Positions 10,662 through 20,097 of a DNA stretch of 64,000 nt are shown here, piece by piece. Position numbers and translations under genes: made by a program. The stretch comes from Eubacteriales bacterium (GTDB taxonomy: Bacteria > Bacillota > Clostridia > Oscillospirales > CAG-382). The DNA lies in contig JAQVPJ010000007.1 of the NCBI GenBank assembly GCA_028702135.1, positions 21,782 through 85,781 on the forward strand, read 5' to 3'. How positions within the stretch are numbered: position 1 is the stretch's first letter; each line of letters starts with the position of its first letter. The notes beneath the pieces are model-generated. The model had not been told where the DNA came from. It was given only the letters and a program-made list of their open reading frames with translations, and did no database searches.

Positions 10662-11429
10662 ATGATAAAAACAGGAAAAAGCGATCTTTTGACTTATAAA
10701 ATTTACGAAACAAGGGAGCAGATGGGCATCGCCGCTGCTGCCGAAGCGGCACTTGTGATTAAAGCTTTGCTATCGAAAAAAAGCGAGATAAATATGATTT
10801 TTGCCGCTGCTCCATCACAGAACGAGTTTCTCTATTCTCTGATTCATGATAAGAGCATTGATTTTTCAAGAATCAACGCTTTTCATATGGACGAATACAT
10901 AGGTCTTCCCTCGGAAGCCCCGCAGGGATTCGGCAATTTTCTTAAAAGAACGATTTTTGACAAGGTTGCTTTTAAATCAGTCAATACTATTAATACGACT
11001 GCAAATGACCCCGAAAAAGAGTGCGAAAGATATGCTGCATTGCTGAAAAGTTATCCCTGCGATATAGTTTGTATGGGAATCGGTGAAAACGGTCATATAG
11101 CTTTCAACGACCCTCATGTTGCTGATTTTGACGATAAAAAGACCGTTAAGGTAGTTTCTCTTGACAATACCTGCCGTATGCAACAAGTTAACGATGGATG
11201 CTTTGCAAGGATAGATGATGTTCCAAAATATGCTCTTACCCTGACAATACCTGCCTTAATTGCGTCTGAATACATTTTTTGTATCGTTCCGGCAAAAACT
11301 AAAGCAGATGCAGTCAAAGCGACTCTGACCGGACCGATTGACGTGTCTTGTCCGGCAAGCATATTACGAAAACATAAAAACGCCGTTCTGTATCTTGATA
11401 CAGACAGCGCATCCAACATATTAAACTGA
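10662..11429 (+). CDS. nagB: Glucosamine-6-phosphate deaminase
   Basis: FHMDEYIG, MGIGENGHIAFNDP, CPASILRKH; follows nagA. Confidence 0.9.
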   Translation: MIKTGKSDLLTYKIYETREQMGIAAAAEAALVIKALLSKKSEINMIFAAAPSQNEFLYSLIHDKSIDFSRINAFHMDEYIGLPSEAPQGFGNFLKRTIFDKVAFKSVNTINTTANDPEKECERYAALLKSYPCDIVCMGIGENGHIAFNDPHVADFDDKKTVKVVSLDNTCRMQQVNDGCFARIDDVPKYALTLTIPALIASEYIFCIVPAKTKADAVKATLTGPIDVSCPASILRKHKNAVLYLDTDSASNILN

Positions 11430-11461
11430 CAGCTTAGATTTTATGGAAAGGGATTTTTATC

Positions 11462-12721
11462 ATGATCTTTGAGCGAATGGAAATCAAGAAGGGCGTTTTC
11501 GTATCGGCGGTAAAAACCGATAAATTCAAAACCAACCTTCTCACCGTAAATCTGCTCACTCCCCTGTGTGCGGAGACCGCCTCCCTCAACTCGCTGCTGA
11601 CGGATGTTATAAAACGAGGAACCGTTCTATACCCCAATATGCAGATCCTCCACAAAAAGCAAGACGAACTGTATTCGCTCGGACTGAACGCATATGTACA
11701 AAAGCGCGGCGAGCTACAATTGATAACCTTTGAGCTCAGCGCGATTGACGACGCTTATACCTTCGATGGTATGAACCTTCTCGAACAAGCGACGGAGCTT
11801 TTGGGGGAGCTTATTTTTAATCCGGTTACAGAAAACAGCGTTTTTCGCGCCGAATATGTTGCTCAGGAAAAAAAGAACCTGATCGATTCCATTAAAGCTC
11901 AGATCAATAATAAATCCTCATATGCGATAAAGCGCTGCCATGAGATAATGTGCAAAGGCGAGCCCTTTGCGGTAAGTGTCGCCGGTGAGATTTCAGCGGT
12001 GGAGAAAATCACGCCTGAACAGCTTTATGCGCAGTATAAGGAGCTTCTTAAAAATGCCGCCGTCGAGGTTCTTTTTGTGGGTAACAGGGATGCTTCCGAA
12101 ATAGCTGCATTATTGGCTAAACACCTCCCTTTCACCGAAAGAAAACCTTTTATCAAGGAAACTATCGTCAAAACGACCGCCGATGAGGTTAAAAAGGTCA
12201 CCGAGAAAATGCAGATTAACCAATGCAAGCTCTCCATCGGAATGCGGATAGGAACAAGCCTCAAGAGCAAGGATTATATCAAGTTTTCGCTGTTCAACGA
12301 GCTTTTCGGCGGCTCGTCTACGAGCAAGCTGTTTTTAAACGTGCGTGAGAAAAAAAGTCTTTGTTATTACTGCCAGCCTGTCGTGGAGGGTGTTAAGGGA
12401 GTCATGGTCATCGCCAGCGGTGTGGAATCAAAAAACAAGGATACCGCTTACGAAGCGATTATGGAACAGCTTGAAGATGTTAGAAACGGTGTCATCAGTG
12501 ATGCCGAACTTGGGGACGCAAAACGCTCACTTGAGAACGCTTACCGTGAGATTACCGATAGTCCCGCCTCAATCTGTGCCTGGTATATTTCAAGAATAAT
12601 CACAGGCAGGTCTGATTCTCCGGAGGATGCCGCAAATAGCATTGCTTCGGTTACCAAAACAGATATCATCGTAATGGCAAAACGTCTTGTGCTGGATACT
12701 GTTTACAGTTTGGAGGGCTAA
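11462..12721 (+). CDS. ymfF: M16 family peptidase-like subunit (YmfF type, non-catalytic)
   Basis: DKFKT start, LFLNVREKKSLCYY; no HxxEH; paired with the next gene. Confidence 0.8.
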   Translation: MIFERMEIKKGVFVSAVKTDKFKTNLLTVNLLTPLCAETASLNSLLTDVIKRGTVLYPNMQILHKKQDELYSLGLNAYVQKRGELQLITFELSAIDDAYTFDGMNLLEQATELLGELIFNPVTENSVFRAEYVAQEKKNLIDSIKAQINNKSSYAIKRCHEIMCKGEPFAVSVAGEISAVEKITPEQLYAQYKELLKNAAVEVLFVGNRDASEIAALLAKHLPFTERKPFIKETIVKTTADEVKKVTEKMQINQCKLSIGMRIGTSLKSKDYIKFSLFNELFGGSSTSKLFLNVREKKSLCYYCQPVVEGVKGVMVIASGVESKNKDTAYEAIMEQLEDVRNGVISDAELGDAKRSLENAYREITDSPASICAWYISRIITGRSDSPEDAANSIASVTKTDIIVMAKRLVLDTVYSLEG

Positions 12722-12723
12722 TT

Positions 12724-14010
12724 ATGAGCTTTGCGGTAAAAGAGAATAAAACACTTAATGAAAAATACTATTTTAAGAAGCATAAAAGCGGTTTGTCGGT
12801 ATATGTTTTTCCCAAAAAGCATTCAAATACATTTGCTTTAATCGGAACAAAATACGGCTCGATCGACACGACATTTAAGACTGACAGAGATTCCGATTTT
12901 TTAACCATACCAGACGGTGTGGCACATTTTCTTGAGCATAAGCTCTTTGAGGACGAACATGGCAACGACGCATTTCAACGTTATGCGAAGTACGGAGGCA
13001 ATGCGAATGCGTTCACTTCCTTCGTCCGTACTGCTTATCTGTTCTCCTGTACAAACAATTTTGAGGATAACCTTGAGGTGCTCCTCGATTTTGTAACGCA
13101 CCCGTTTTTCTCGGAAGAATCGATAAAAAAGGAACAGGGCATCATCGGCGAAGAAATCAGAATGTACCAGGATAACCCCGGCTGGAGAGTCTTTTTCAAT
13201 ATGCTGGGCGCAATGTATGTGAACAACACCGTGCGAAAGGATATTGCGGGGACTGTGGAATCCATTTCACAAATCACGCCGGATATTCTCTATAAAACTT
13301 ACAACACCTTTTATAACCTTAATAATATGGCTTTGTGCGTGTGTGGTGATGTTACTGCAGAGCAGGTAGAGTCAGTATGCGATAAGGCTTTAGAGCCCTC
13401 AGAGGAAATTACAATCGAAAGGATTTTCCCGGAAGAACCCGAACGCATTAACCAAGAACGTGTCACTCTTGAGCTTGAGGTGGCACAGCCTATCTTTAAT
13501 ATCGGTATAAAGGATGTTCCGGTTTCCTCACCGGAGGAATCGATAAAAAGAGCCGCAGTTTATGAGATTCTGTTGCAGCTTTTATTCGGCAAATCAAGTG
13601 ACTTTTACAACCGTCATTATGAAAGCGGCCTGATAAACAATAAATTCGCCGTCTCCTTTGATCACGACAGAAATTTTGCTCATATAGAAATTTCCGGCAG
13701 CTGCGACAACCCCGACGATGTAAAAAAGGCTGTATGCGAGGAGATCGCCCTGCGCAAGAATGTTTTCTTCACCAAAGAGGAGTTCGACCGCGCAAAGCGT
13801 GTCGTATATGCAAATAATATCTACAATTTCGATTCTACGGAAGTGATAGCAACAGGTTTTCTTTCGTTTGTTTTCTCGGGCAATGATATGCTCGAGTACC
13901 CATCGATAGTATCATCAGTGTCATATGAGGAGTCTAAAGAACGGTTAATGTCCTCTTTTGATATAAACAAATGCGTAATAAGCATAGTTTTCCCAAAGAA
14001 AACACAATAA
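12724..14010 (+). CDS. ymfH: M16 family zinc peptidase (YmfH type)
   Basis: GVAHFLEHKLF (HxxEH), ANAFTSF, KEQGIIGEEI. Confidence 0.9.
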   Translation: MSFAVKENKTLNEKYYFKKHKSGLSVYVFPKKHSNTFALIGTKYGSIDTTFKTDRDSDFLTIPDGVAHFLEHKLFEDEHGNDAFQRYAKYGGNANAFTSFVRTAYLFSCTNNFEDNLEVLLDFVTHPFFSEESIKKEQGIIGEEIRMYQDNPGWRVFFNMLGAMYVNNTVRKDIAGTVESISQITPDILYKTYNTFYNLNNMALCVCGDVTAEQVESVCDKALEPSEEITIERIFPEEPERINQERVTLELEVAQPIFNIGIKDVPVSSPEESIKRAAVYEILLQLLFGKSSDFYNRHYESGLINNKFAVSFDHDRNFAHIEISGSCDNPDDVKKAVCEEIALRKNVFFTKEEFDRAKRVVYANNIYNFDSTEVIATGFLSFVFSGNDMLEYPSIVSSVSYEESKERLMSSFDINKCVISIVFPKKTQ

Positions 14011-14028
14011 AACAGGAGGTAAACAAGA

Positions 14029-15084
14029 ATGTTATCGGTCAATCGCATCACATTCCCCGGCTTGAATTTGGATTTTAATATCGATCCCATCGCTTTTTCA
14101 ATCGGAAACATCTCCGTTAGGTGGTATGGAATAATACTCTGTACGGGAATAATCGCAGCTTTTCTATATTTTATGAGACGCGCATCCAAAACAGAAAGTA
14201 TAGATCCCGACCATGTATATAACATTACGCTCCTTGCCGTCATAATAGGTATTATCGGTGCGAGATTTACTTATGTTATCACAAACCTTGAGGATTATGA
14301 TACCTTTTGGGAAATGATAAATATCACACAGGGCGGTATAGCTATTTACGGCGCGATTATATTCGGGTTGGTTTCGGTGCTGATCTACTGCAGAATCAGG
14401 AAGTTAAATACCTATTCAATTCTCGACTCTATCTCCCCCGCGGTTATGCTCGGTCAGATAATCGGCAGATGGGGTAACTTTGTCAATGCGGAGGCATACG
14501 GCTATTCAGAGGGTATAAATAACCTTCCCTGGAGAATGGGTGTCGACAGAGTGGAAATAGACGGTGTTTTAGATTATACAATCGAATATGTACACCCCAC
14601 CTTTTTCTATGAATCATTGTGGAATCTGATAGGCTTTCTGATAATAAACTTCGTATACAGAAAAAAGAAATTTGACGGACAGATATTTTACCTTTACATA
14701 TTATGGTACGGTTTAGGTAGAGGGTTTATAGAGATGCTCCGTACCGACAGTCTTCGTGTTTTCGGATTTAAGCTCTCGGTAATTATCGGCTTTGCATCGT
14801 TTATTATTGCTGTAATCATGCTGTTTGTACGCGCAAAAAAGTCAGAAAAAGAGCTTGCCGAGGCTACAAGCTATACAAACAAATATGATGCTTTAAGAGT
14901 TGTGGCGAACAAAGACGAGAAAGTCGAGGCTGTTCCTTTTGACAATACCGAAAACGATGAGGAGATAGATGAGGACAGCAGTGAAGACAAGGAGGCTCTT
15001 GAAGAACAGGATACGCTTGACGGTGAAAAAGACGACGACGATGACGAAGACGATGACGAAGACGATGACAGTGACGGGGAGTAA
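14029..15084 (+). CDS. lgt: Prolipoprotein diacylglyceryl transferase with Asp/Glu-rich C-terminal tail
   Basis: VRWYG, GARxxYV, GGIAIYG, GRWGNFVNAEAYG, HPTFFYES, RGFIEMLRTD. Confidence 0.95.
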   Translation: MLSVNRITFPGLNLDFNIDPIAFSIGNISVRWYGIILCTGIIAAFLYFMRRASKTESIDPDHVYNITLLAVIIGIIGARFTYVITNLEDYDTFWEMINITQGGIAIYGAIIFGLVSVLIYCRIRKLNTYSILDSISPAVMLGQIIGRWGNFVNAEAYGYSEGINNLPWRMGVDRVEIDGVLDYTIEYVHPTFFYESLWNLIGFLIINFVYRKKKFDGQIFYLYILWYGLGRGFIEMLRTDSLRVFGFKLSVIIGFASFIIAVIMLFVRAKKSEKELAEATSYTNKYDALRVVANKDEKVEAVPFDNTENDEEIDEDSSEDKEALEEQDTLDGEKDDDDDEDDDEDDDSDGE

Positions 15085-15087
15085 CAG

Positions 15088-15942
15088 ATGGCAATCATTA
15101 TCGATGGTAAAATCACTTCTCAAAAGGTAAAGGACGAGGTTTTTTCAGAAGTAAAAAAGCTCACGGAAAAAGGTATGAGAAAACCTTGCTTGGCAGTTGT
15201 TTTAGTTGGGGATAACGAGGCATCAAAGATATATGTTCGAAACAAGAAGCGTTCCTGCGAGGAGGTTGGTTTCATCTCGCTTGAGTATCTGCTCCCGGCG
15301 GATACAAATCAGGAGGAGCTCAACACGCTAATTGACAGTTTAAACTCTGATGATACCGTCGACGGGATACTCGTACAGCTACCGCTCCCTGAGGGACTTG
15401 ACGAACAGAGCGTAATAAACCGTATTTCACCCCAAAAGGATGTGGACGCGTTTCACCCGCAGAATGTCGGAAGGATTACGCTCGGTAAACCAAGTTTTCT
15501 CCCATGCACACCCGCAGGAGTAATGCGTCTTCTCAGTGAATACAATATAGAGATAAGCGGCAGGGAATGCGTTGTTGTCGGCAGGAGCAACATCGTCGGA
15601 AAACCGATGTCTTTGCTTCTGCTCTCAGAGAACGGAACGGTTACGGTCTGCCACTCACGCACGTATGATCTTGCACAAGTGACAAAGCGTGCCGATATTC
15701 TTGTGGTAGCTATCGGTGTCGCAAAAAAAATCACTGCCGATATGATTAAGGAAGGTGCAGTAGTAATCGATGTCGGAATGAACCGTGTCGATGGCAAGCT
15801 TTGCGGCGACGTCGATTTTGAGAGCTGCTCCAAAAAAGCCTCCTATATAACCCCGGTTCCCGGCGGAGTCGGTCCCATGACTATCGCAATGTTGATGCAG
15901 AACACCCTTACCGCTTATAAGATGCATATCAATCAATCATAA
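15088..15942 (+). CDS. folD: Bifunctional methylenetetrahydrofolate dehydrogenase/cyclohydrolase
   Basis: IIDGK, GILVQLPLP, KDVDAFHP, PCTPAG, GRSNIVGKP, ITPVPGGVGPMT. Confidence 0.97.
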   Translation: MAIIIDGKITSQKVKDEVFSEVKKLTEKGMRKPCLAVVLVGDNEASKIYVRNKKRSCEEVGFISLEYLLPADTNQEELNTLIDSLNSDDTVDGILVQLPLPEGLDEQSVINRISPQKDVDAFHPQNVGRITLGKPSFLPCTPAGVMRLLSEYNIEISGRECVVVGRSNIVGKPMSLLLLSENGTVTVCHSRTYDLAQVTKRADILVVAIGVAKKITADMIKEGAVVIDVGMNRVDGKLCGDVDFESCSKKASYITPVPGGVGPMTIAMLMQNTLTAYKMHINQS

Positions 15943-15958
15943 AACAATTTAAACGGCA

Positions 15959-16000
15959 ATACGGCGGACAAAAATGCCCGCCGTATTTTTATGCTTTTTT
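15959..16000. terminator. Intrinsic terminator between convergent folD and dockerin genes
   Basis: ATACGGCGG..CCGCCGTAT stem followed by T-runs. Confidence 0.75.
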
Positions 16001-16004
16001 TCTG

Positions 16005-16571
16005 TTATACCCAGCTTGTTGTCCAACCACTTTCATCGTCTTCAAAATCCGTATAAGGAACAGTGTAATTAACGTTCATCTTATAGCTGCCGAGTACATG
16101 TCTTTTTACCATCAGGTAAATGTATGCCTTGATTTTTCCGTCAAAATCATCATCACCCGCCGCTAAAAGCTTCGCTTCGCCCGGTATAGTGTAGGTACCG
16201 AGATAATGCCGCTTAATATGAATGTAATCCATCGCTGTCAAAATACCATCCCCGTTTACATCACCAAGAATAACCGCCGTATAGGAGTTACCGTTTAAAG
16301 AAACCGTAAAACCCGTTCCGATATAAGTGTCTTGACCCGAAACAACAACTGCGCCGGAAGTACTTTTTATGTCGATTATTGTTTTATACAGTACTGCCGC
16401 AAGCTTGTCATAAGTGGTCTTTTCAGGGATTCCGTAAAGATAAGCACCCTTTACGGTTGGCTTAAAGGTCATCTCCTCCTCCGCTGCCGAAGGAGTAGCG
16501 CAGAGAGCAACGAACGATATAACTGCCGCCAGCATCAGCGACAACAACCTGAGTCTGCGCCTCAAATTCAA
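16005..16571 (-). CDS. Secreted protein with type I dockerin-like domain
   Basis: Signal peptide; GDVNGDGILTAMDYIHIKRHYLG and a degenerate second repeat GDDDFDGKIKAYIYLMVKRHVLG. Confidence 0.75.
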   Translation of the reverse strand: MNLRRRLRLLSLMLAAVISFVALCATPSAAEEEMTFKPTVKGAYLYGIPEKTTYDKLAAVLYKTIIDIKSTSGAVVVSGQDTYIGTGFTVSLNGNSYTAVILGDVNGDGILTAMDYIHIKRHYLGTYTIPGEAKLLAAGDDDFDGKIKAYIYLMVKRHVLGSYKMNVNYTVPYTDFEDDESGWTTSWV

Positions 16572-16594
16572 ACCTCCTTACTTATATGCCGTTT

Positions 16595-18295
16595 CTATAT
16601 TTTTACCCATTCTCCTGGGGTTTTTAACGCTTTGTTCCCTGCCTCGATAATGCCCATAATAGATACCGTCTCGTCATGCTGAGCTTTTATATCACCCGTG
16701 TTGAAGAAATCGCACATCGCAGCTATAAACCGCGGGAAGGTATTGCTCATCTGAGGGATAATTTTTGTTCTTCCGTCCGAATAGTTAACGGTCATTCCGA
16801 AATCTACACCGGTCCAACCGTAATGACTCATGACGGCACGGCGTCCGCAATCGAATTCGATAACCATGGATTCGTATTTCCCGCTGCCTATTGACATAAT
16901 TCTTTTTGCATTGCTGCCCATAAGGATTACTATCGGTTCTATCTGATGTATAGCATAGGTGTCGAAGTTACCGGGACCTCTCGAATTTATGAAAACAATA
17001 TTCTCCCTGTCAACTCCGTCAAGCTCTGTTGCAAATCTCAATGCCGAGGTTGAAAAGAAGGGCGTTCCGCTCTCCTCTGCGATAGCGACGAGTTTTTCGG
17101 CAATATCCTTTGACAGAGAAAAAGTCTTATCAACATAAACCCTCTTTCCGCTTCTGAGCGGTATCTGGCACAGATCCCAATGATGCTCGGGATTATCGGG
17201 CGAAAGTACGATCAGGCAATCGCTCTTATCTACCACTTCCTGAATGGAGTTAAGCCTTTTGACCCCGAACTTTTCACACCATTGATCTGTAGTAAGCCCG
17301 GCTGGTTTGTCTATTTCGGCATAAGCGTATGCCACCTCGAACTCGCCATCGGTAGCATCTTTTATAAACTTTGGATAATTATTTGCGTGCCATTCATCAA
17401 GATAATAATCAATAAATCCTATCTTTTTTACTTTTATATCAGGATTCTTAGAGCCGAGAAAATCAACAGCCATTTTAATATCCGCATACGGATTTGCGCC
17501 ACATTCCCTCTCTATAGTTAAAAATCCCTTGTATCCGATATCCTCAAGAGCTTTGATATAAGCATCGAAATCCACTGCTCCCTCACCGAGCGGAAGCTCA
17601 AGGAAGTAATCGGACATTCTCATATCCTCTATCCCGCCCTCTGCAAAGAAATCATAAATAATTTTAGGGACGGTCTGCTTCTTCATTATGCCGTCTTTGG
17701 CATGGGTATGAACTATATACTTTCTCAAAGTATATACTGCTTTTACGGGGTCATCCCCGGTTACCATAACAAGGTTGGCAGGGTCAAGGTTTACGCCGAT
17801 TCCTCTGCTGTCCACATCCTCGATAAATCTGGCAAGAGTTTCCGCCTTTTCGGGACCTGTTTCGATCGCAAAGGTAACGCCTATAGAAGCAGCATATTCG
17901 CCGATCTCCTTACAAGCTGCTTTCATAATATTATAGGTCTCGTTTTTCTCTGACGGAACAACGCCGATATGTGTTGTGACAACCTTAGTTCCCAGCTTTA
18001 TTGCAAGGTCCGCAACCGCTTTGCTCGCCGGTATTTTGGTTTTATTCTCCTCTGTATTCTGAAAGCCGTGACCGCCGAAATCGCCACAGAGAGCAGATAT
18101 GACAAGTCCTTTTTCATCAAGAAGTGCATTTATCCTTCTGACCTTTTCTTCATCAAAGGAGGAATATATCATCTCTCCGTTTACAACGTAAAGCTGGATG
18201 CCCTGCGCTCCAACCTCAACGGCTTTATCAAGCGCCTGCTCAAACGGTAACAGAAAAGAGTCTGTGATAACTCCGATTTTAAATCTCTTGCTCAT
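16595..18295 (-). CDS. Sugar-phosphate isomerase/epimerase TIM barrel fused to a Gfo/Idh/MocA-like oxidoreductase
   Basis: N-half AIETGPE, NLDPAN, HTHAKD, TIERE; C-half KKIGFIDYYLDEWHANNYP, VYVDKTF, STSALRF. Confidence 0.8.
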   Translation of the reverse strand: MSKRFKIGVITDSFLLPFEQALDKAVEVGAQGIQLYVVNGEMIYSSFDEEKVRRINALLDEKGLVISALCGDFGGHGFQNTEENKTKIPASKAVADLAIKLGTKVVTTHIGVVPSEKNETYNIMKAACKEIGEYAASIGVTFAIETGPEKAETLARFIEDVDSRGIGVNLDPANLVMVTGDDPVKAVYTLRKYIVHTHAKDGIMKKQTVPKIIYDFFAEGGIEDMRMSDYFLELPLGEGAVDFDAYIKALEDIGYKGFLTIERECGANPYADIKMAVDFLGSKNPDIKVKKIGFIDYYLDEWHANNYPKFIKDATDGEFEVAYAYAEIDKPAGLTTDQWCEKFGVKRLNSIQEVVDKSDCLIVLSPDNPEHHWDLCQIPLRSGKRVYVDKTFSLSKDIAEKLVAIAEESGTPFFSTSALRFATELDGVDRENIVFINSRGPGNFDTYAIHQIEPIVILMGSNAKRIMSIGSGKYESMVIEFDCGRRAVMSHYGWTGVDFGMTVNYSDGRTKIIPQMSNTFPRFIAAMCDFFNTGDIKAQHDETVSIMGIIEAGNKALKTPGEWVKI

Positions 18296-18397
18296 AATTC
18301 CTTTAAATCCCTTTCTTTTGCTTACTTCATTTATGCTTCTGTTTGTTATCTTATGATATTATTATATTGTTTTTTTGATAATAATCAATAGCTTTTT

Positions 18398-19099
18398 TTA
18401 AATACCGTTTTCTTTCATATATTTTTTGATTTTTTCAAACGCGCCTTTTTCAAGCCGCGATACATATGAACGTGATATTCCGAGCATTTCGGCGACCTCC
18501 CTTTGAGCATACGTTCGTCCGTTGGCACAAAGTCCGTACCTGAGTATTATAATCGAACGTTCCCTTCTTGTAAGTGATTTCTCAATCGCCTTATATATCA
18601 GCGTACTCTTTATTTTTACATCCAGCATCTCCACAATATCGTCATCGCATGCGATTATATCCATATAGGTAAGCGGATTGCCGTCCTTATCTATATCTAC
18701 CGCCTCGTTTATTGAAGTCTCGTTTGAATGCTTCTTCTGGGAGCGGAAATACATAAGAATTTCGTTTTGCAGGCACTTGCCCGCATATGTAGCAAAACGT
18801 GCTCCGTTTGCAACATCAAAGGAATCTATCGCTTTTATTAGTCCTATAGTGCCGATTGAAATCAAATCTTCCTGTTCCTTATGCGTTGTGTAGTACTTTT
18901 TTACTATATGCGCCACAAGACGCAGGTTATGCTCTATCAGCTTGCCTCTTGCCTCTGCGTCTCCCTGCTTGCACAGATGAAAAAGCCGCTGCTCCTCATC
19001 TCTTGATAATGGCGGCGGAAATGCATAGGTATTGGATGTCCGCAAAAACATATATATAAATCGGGACAGAAATGTAATAACAAAAGAGAGCATAGACAT
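18398..19099 (-). CDS. sigK: Sporulation sigma factor sigma-K (pro-sigK), uninterrupted
   Basis: Hydrophobic pro-sequence, FPPPLS, LIEHNLRLVAHIVKKY, DLISIGTIGLIKA, ISRSYVSRLEK. Confidence 0.92.
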   Translation of the reverse strand: MSMLSFVITFLSRFIYMFLRTSNTYAFPPPLSRDEEQRLFHLCKQGDAEARGKLIEHNLRLVAHIVKKYYTTHKEQEDLISIGTIGLIKAIDSFDVANGARFATYAGKCLQNEILMYFRSQKKHSNETSINEAVDIDKDGNPLTYMDIIACDDDIVEMLDVKIKSTLIYKAIEKSLTRRERSIIILRYGLCANGRTYAQREVAEMLGISRSYVSRLEKGAFEKIKKYMKENGI

Positions 19100-19114
19100 A
19101 AGTCACCCCATATC

Positions 19115-19122
19115 ATTCTATG
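19115..19122 (-). promoter_or_regulatory. Possible sigE/sigK-type -10 element (CATAGAAT) upstream of sigK
   Basis: Matches CATAnnnT mother-cell -10 consensus; no convincing -35. Confidence 0.35.
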
Positions 19123-19168
19123 CTCTGTCGTATAAAAAAATCACGAAATTATAACAAAATCTGCAAAT

Positions 19169-19819
19169 TTACGAACTCCACATTATTATAAGAACACCGT
19201 TTCTTACGGAAACCGAGCTCGGCACGCCTATGAATTCGTTGCTCACTCCGAGCGGCATATCGCTAGTAAGAGTTGCGTCATTAAGCGGGAACTTTAATCC
19301 GCTCTCATATACTCCCTCTGCCTTGCTCCCACTGCAGAATACTGAAATTACTCCTTTTTCTTGCGTAGAAAACTCTATGCTTCCGTTTCTTATAACAGTT
19401 ACAATATTCCCTTCCCCGAACAGAAATCCGCGTCCGTCCCGCTCTGCGATAAAAGCGAGCGTCTGTATATTCGCTATTGTATGATCAAGCCTGCCGCCGA
19501 TCCCGCCGTAAATAAAAAACCTTTTATACCCCTTTTCCATGCCGAATTTTACGGCAAAAAGCGTGTCGGTGTCGTTTTTTTCTTTTGGTAGCCGTATTAT
19601 TTTTACGCCGTAAGGCGATTCAAAAAGCGAGTCGAAATCCCCGATTACATAATCAGGCTTTATGCTATTCTTACGTAAATTAACATAACCTCCGTCCGCA
19701 GCCAATACAAGGTCGGAGTCATTAACGCAAAACGTAATATCCTCAGTACTCATTGCACCGAATATATGGCAAACCGGTTCGTTTTTTTCATTTTTAGTTT
19801 TATCCATAATTACCCTCAT
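19169..19819 (-). CDS. thiN: Thiamine diphosphokinase
   Basis: AADGG, GDFDS, EKNDTD, GGRLDH, LGVSNEF. Confidence 0.93.
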   Translation of the reverse strand: MRVIMDKTKNEKNEPVCHIFGAMSTEDITFCVNDSDLVLAADGGYVNLRKNSIKPDYVIGDFDSLFESPYGVKIIRLPKEKNDTDTLFAVKFGMEKGYKRFFIYGGIGGRLDHTIANIQTLAFIAERDGRGFLFGEGNIVTVIRNGSIEFSTQEKGVISVFCSGSKAEGVYESGLKFPLNDATLTSDMPLGVSNEFIGVPSSVSVRNGVLIIMWSS

Positions 19820-19854
19820 ATTGTTATATAAAAACTGTATTATATATTACCACA

Positions 19855-19890
19855 TAAAAAGCAAAAAGTCGACCATCAGATCGGCTTTTT
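19855..19890 (-). terminator. Intrinsic terminator downstream of the HEPN operon
   Basis: Minus strand AAAAAGCCGA-loop-TCGACTTTTT followed by GCTTTTT. Confidence 0.6.
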
Positions 19891-20097
19891 GGCTTTTTGG
19901 GTAAAAAAACAGCACATAAAAGGTAAGAGGAAAAAGAGTTATATTTGTTCTCTTATATTCAGGGTTACTTGCATATCTTTATTTGTCACCTGTTTATTGA
20001 TAAGCCGAGTTTTACACAAGCTGTTATACTGCGTTTACGGCTTTTCTCATATCTTTTCATTAGAATTCTTTCGGTACCGGCTTTGTTATTGAACTGT

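Noticed and set aside
15026-15075. GACGACGATGACGAA-type repeats as a VNTR or regulatory repeat
   Set aside because: Fully explained by the Asp/Glu codons of the Lgt tail
16005-16571. Evidence for a cellulosome
   Set aside because: A single dockerin with no cohesin or dockerin-bearing enzyme in the window is insufficient
19889-20097. Small ORFs or sRNA between HEPN and its terminator
   Set aside because: The plus-strand 67-aa ORF and a 24-aa minus-strand ORF lack RBS and motifs; no convincing RNA structure by eye
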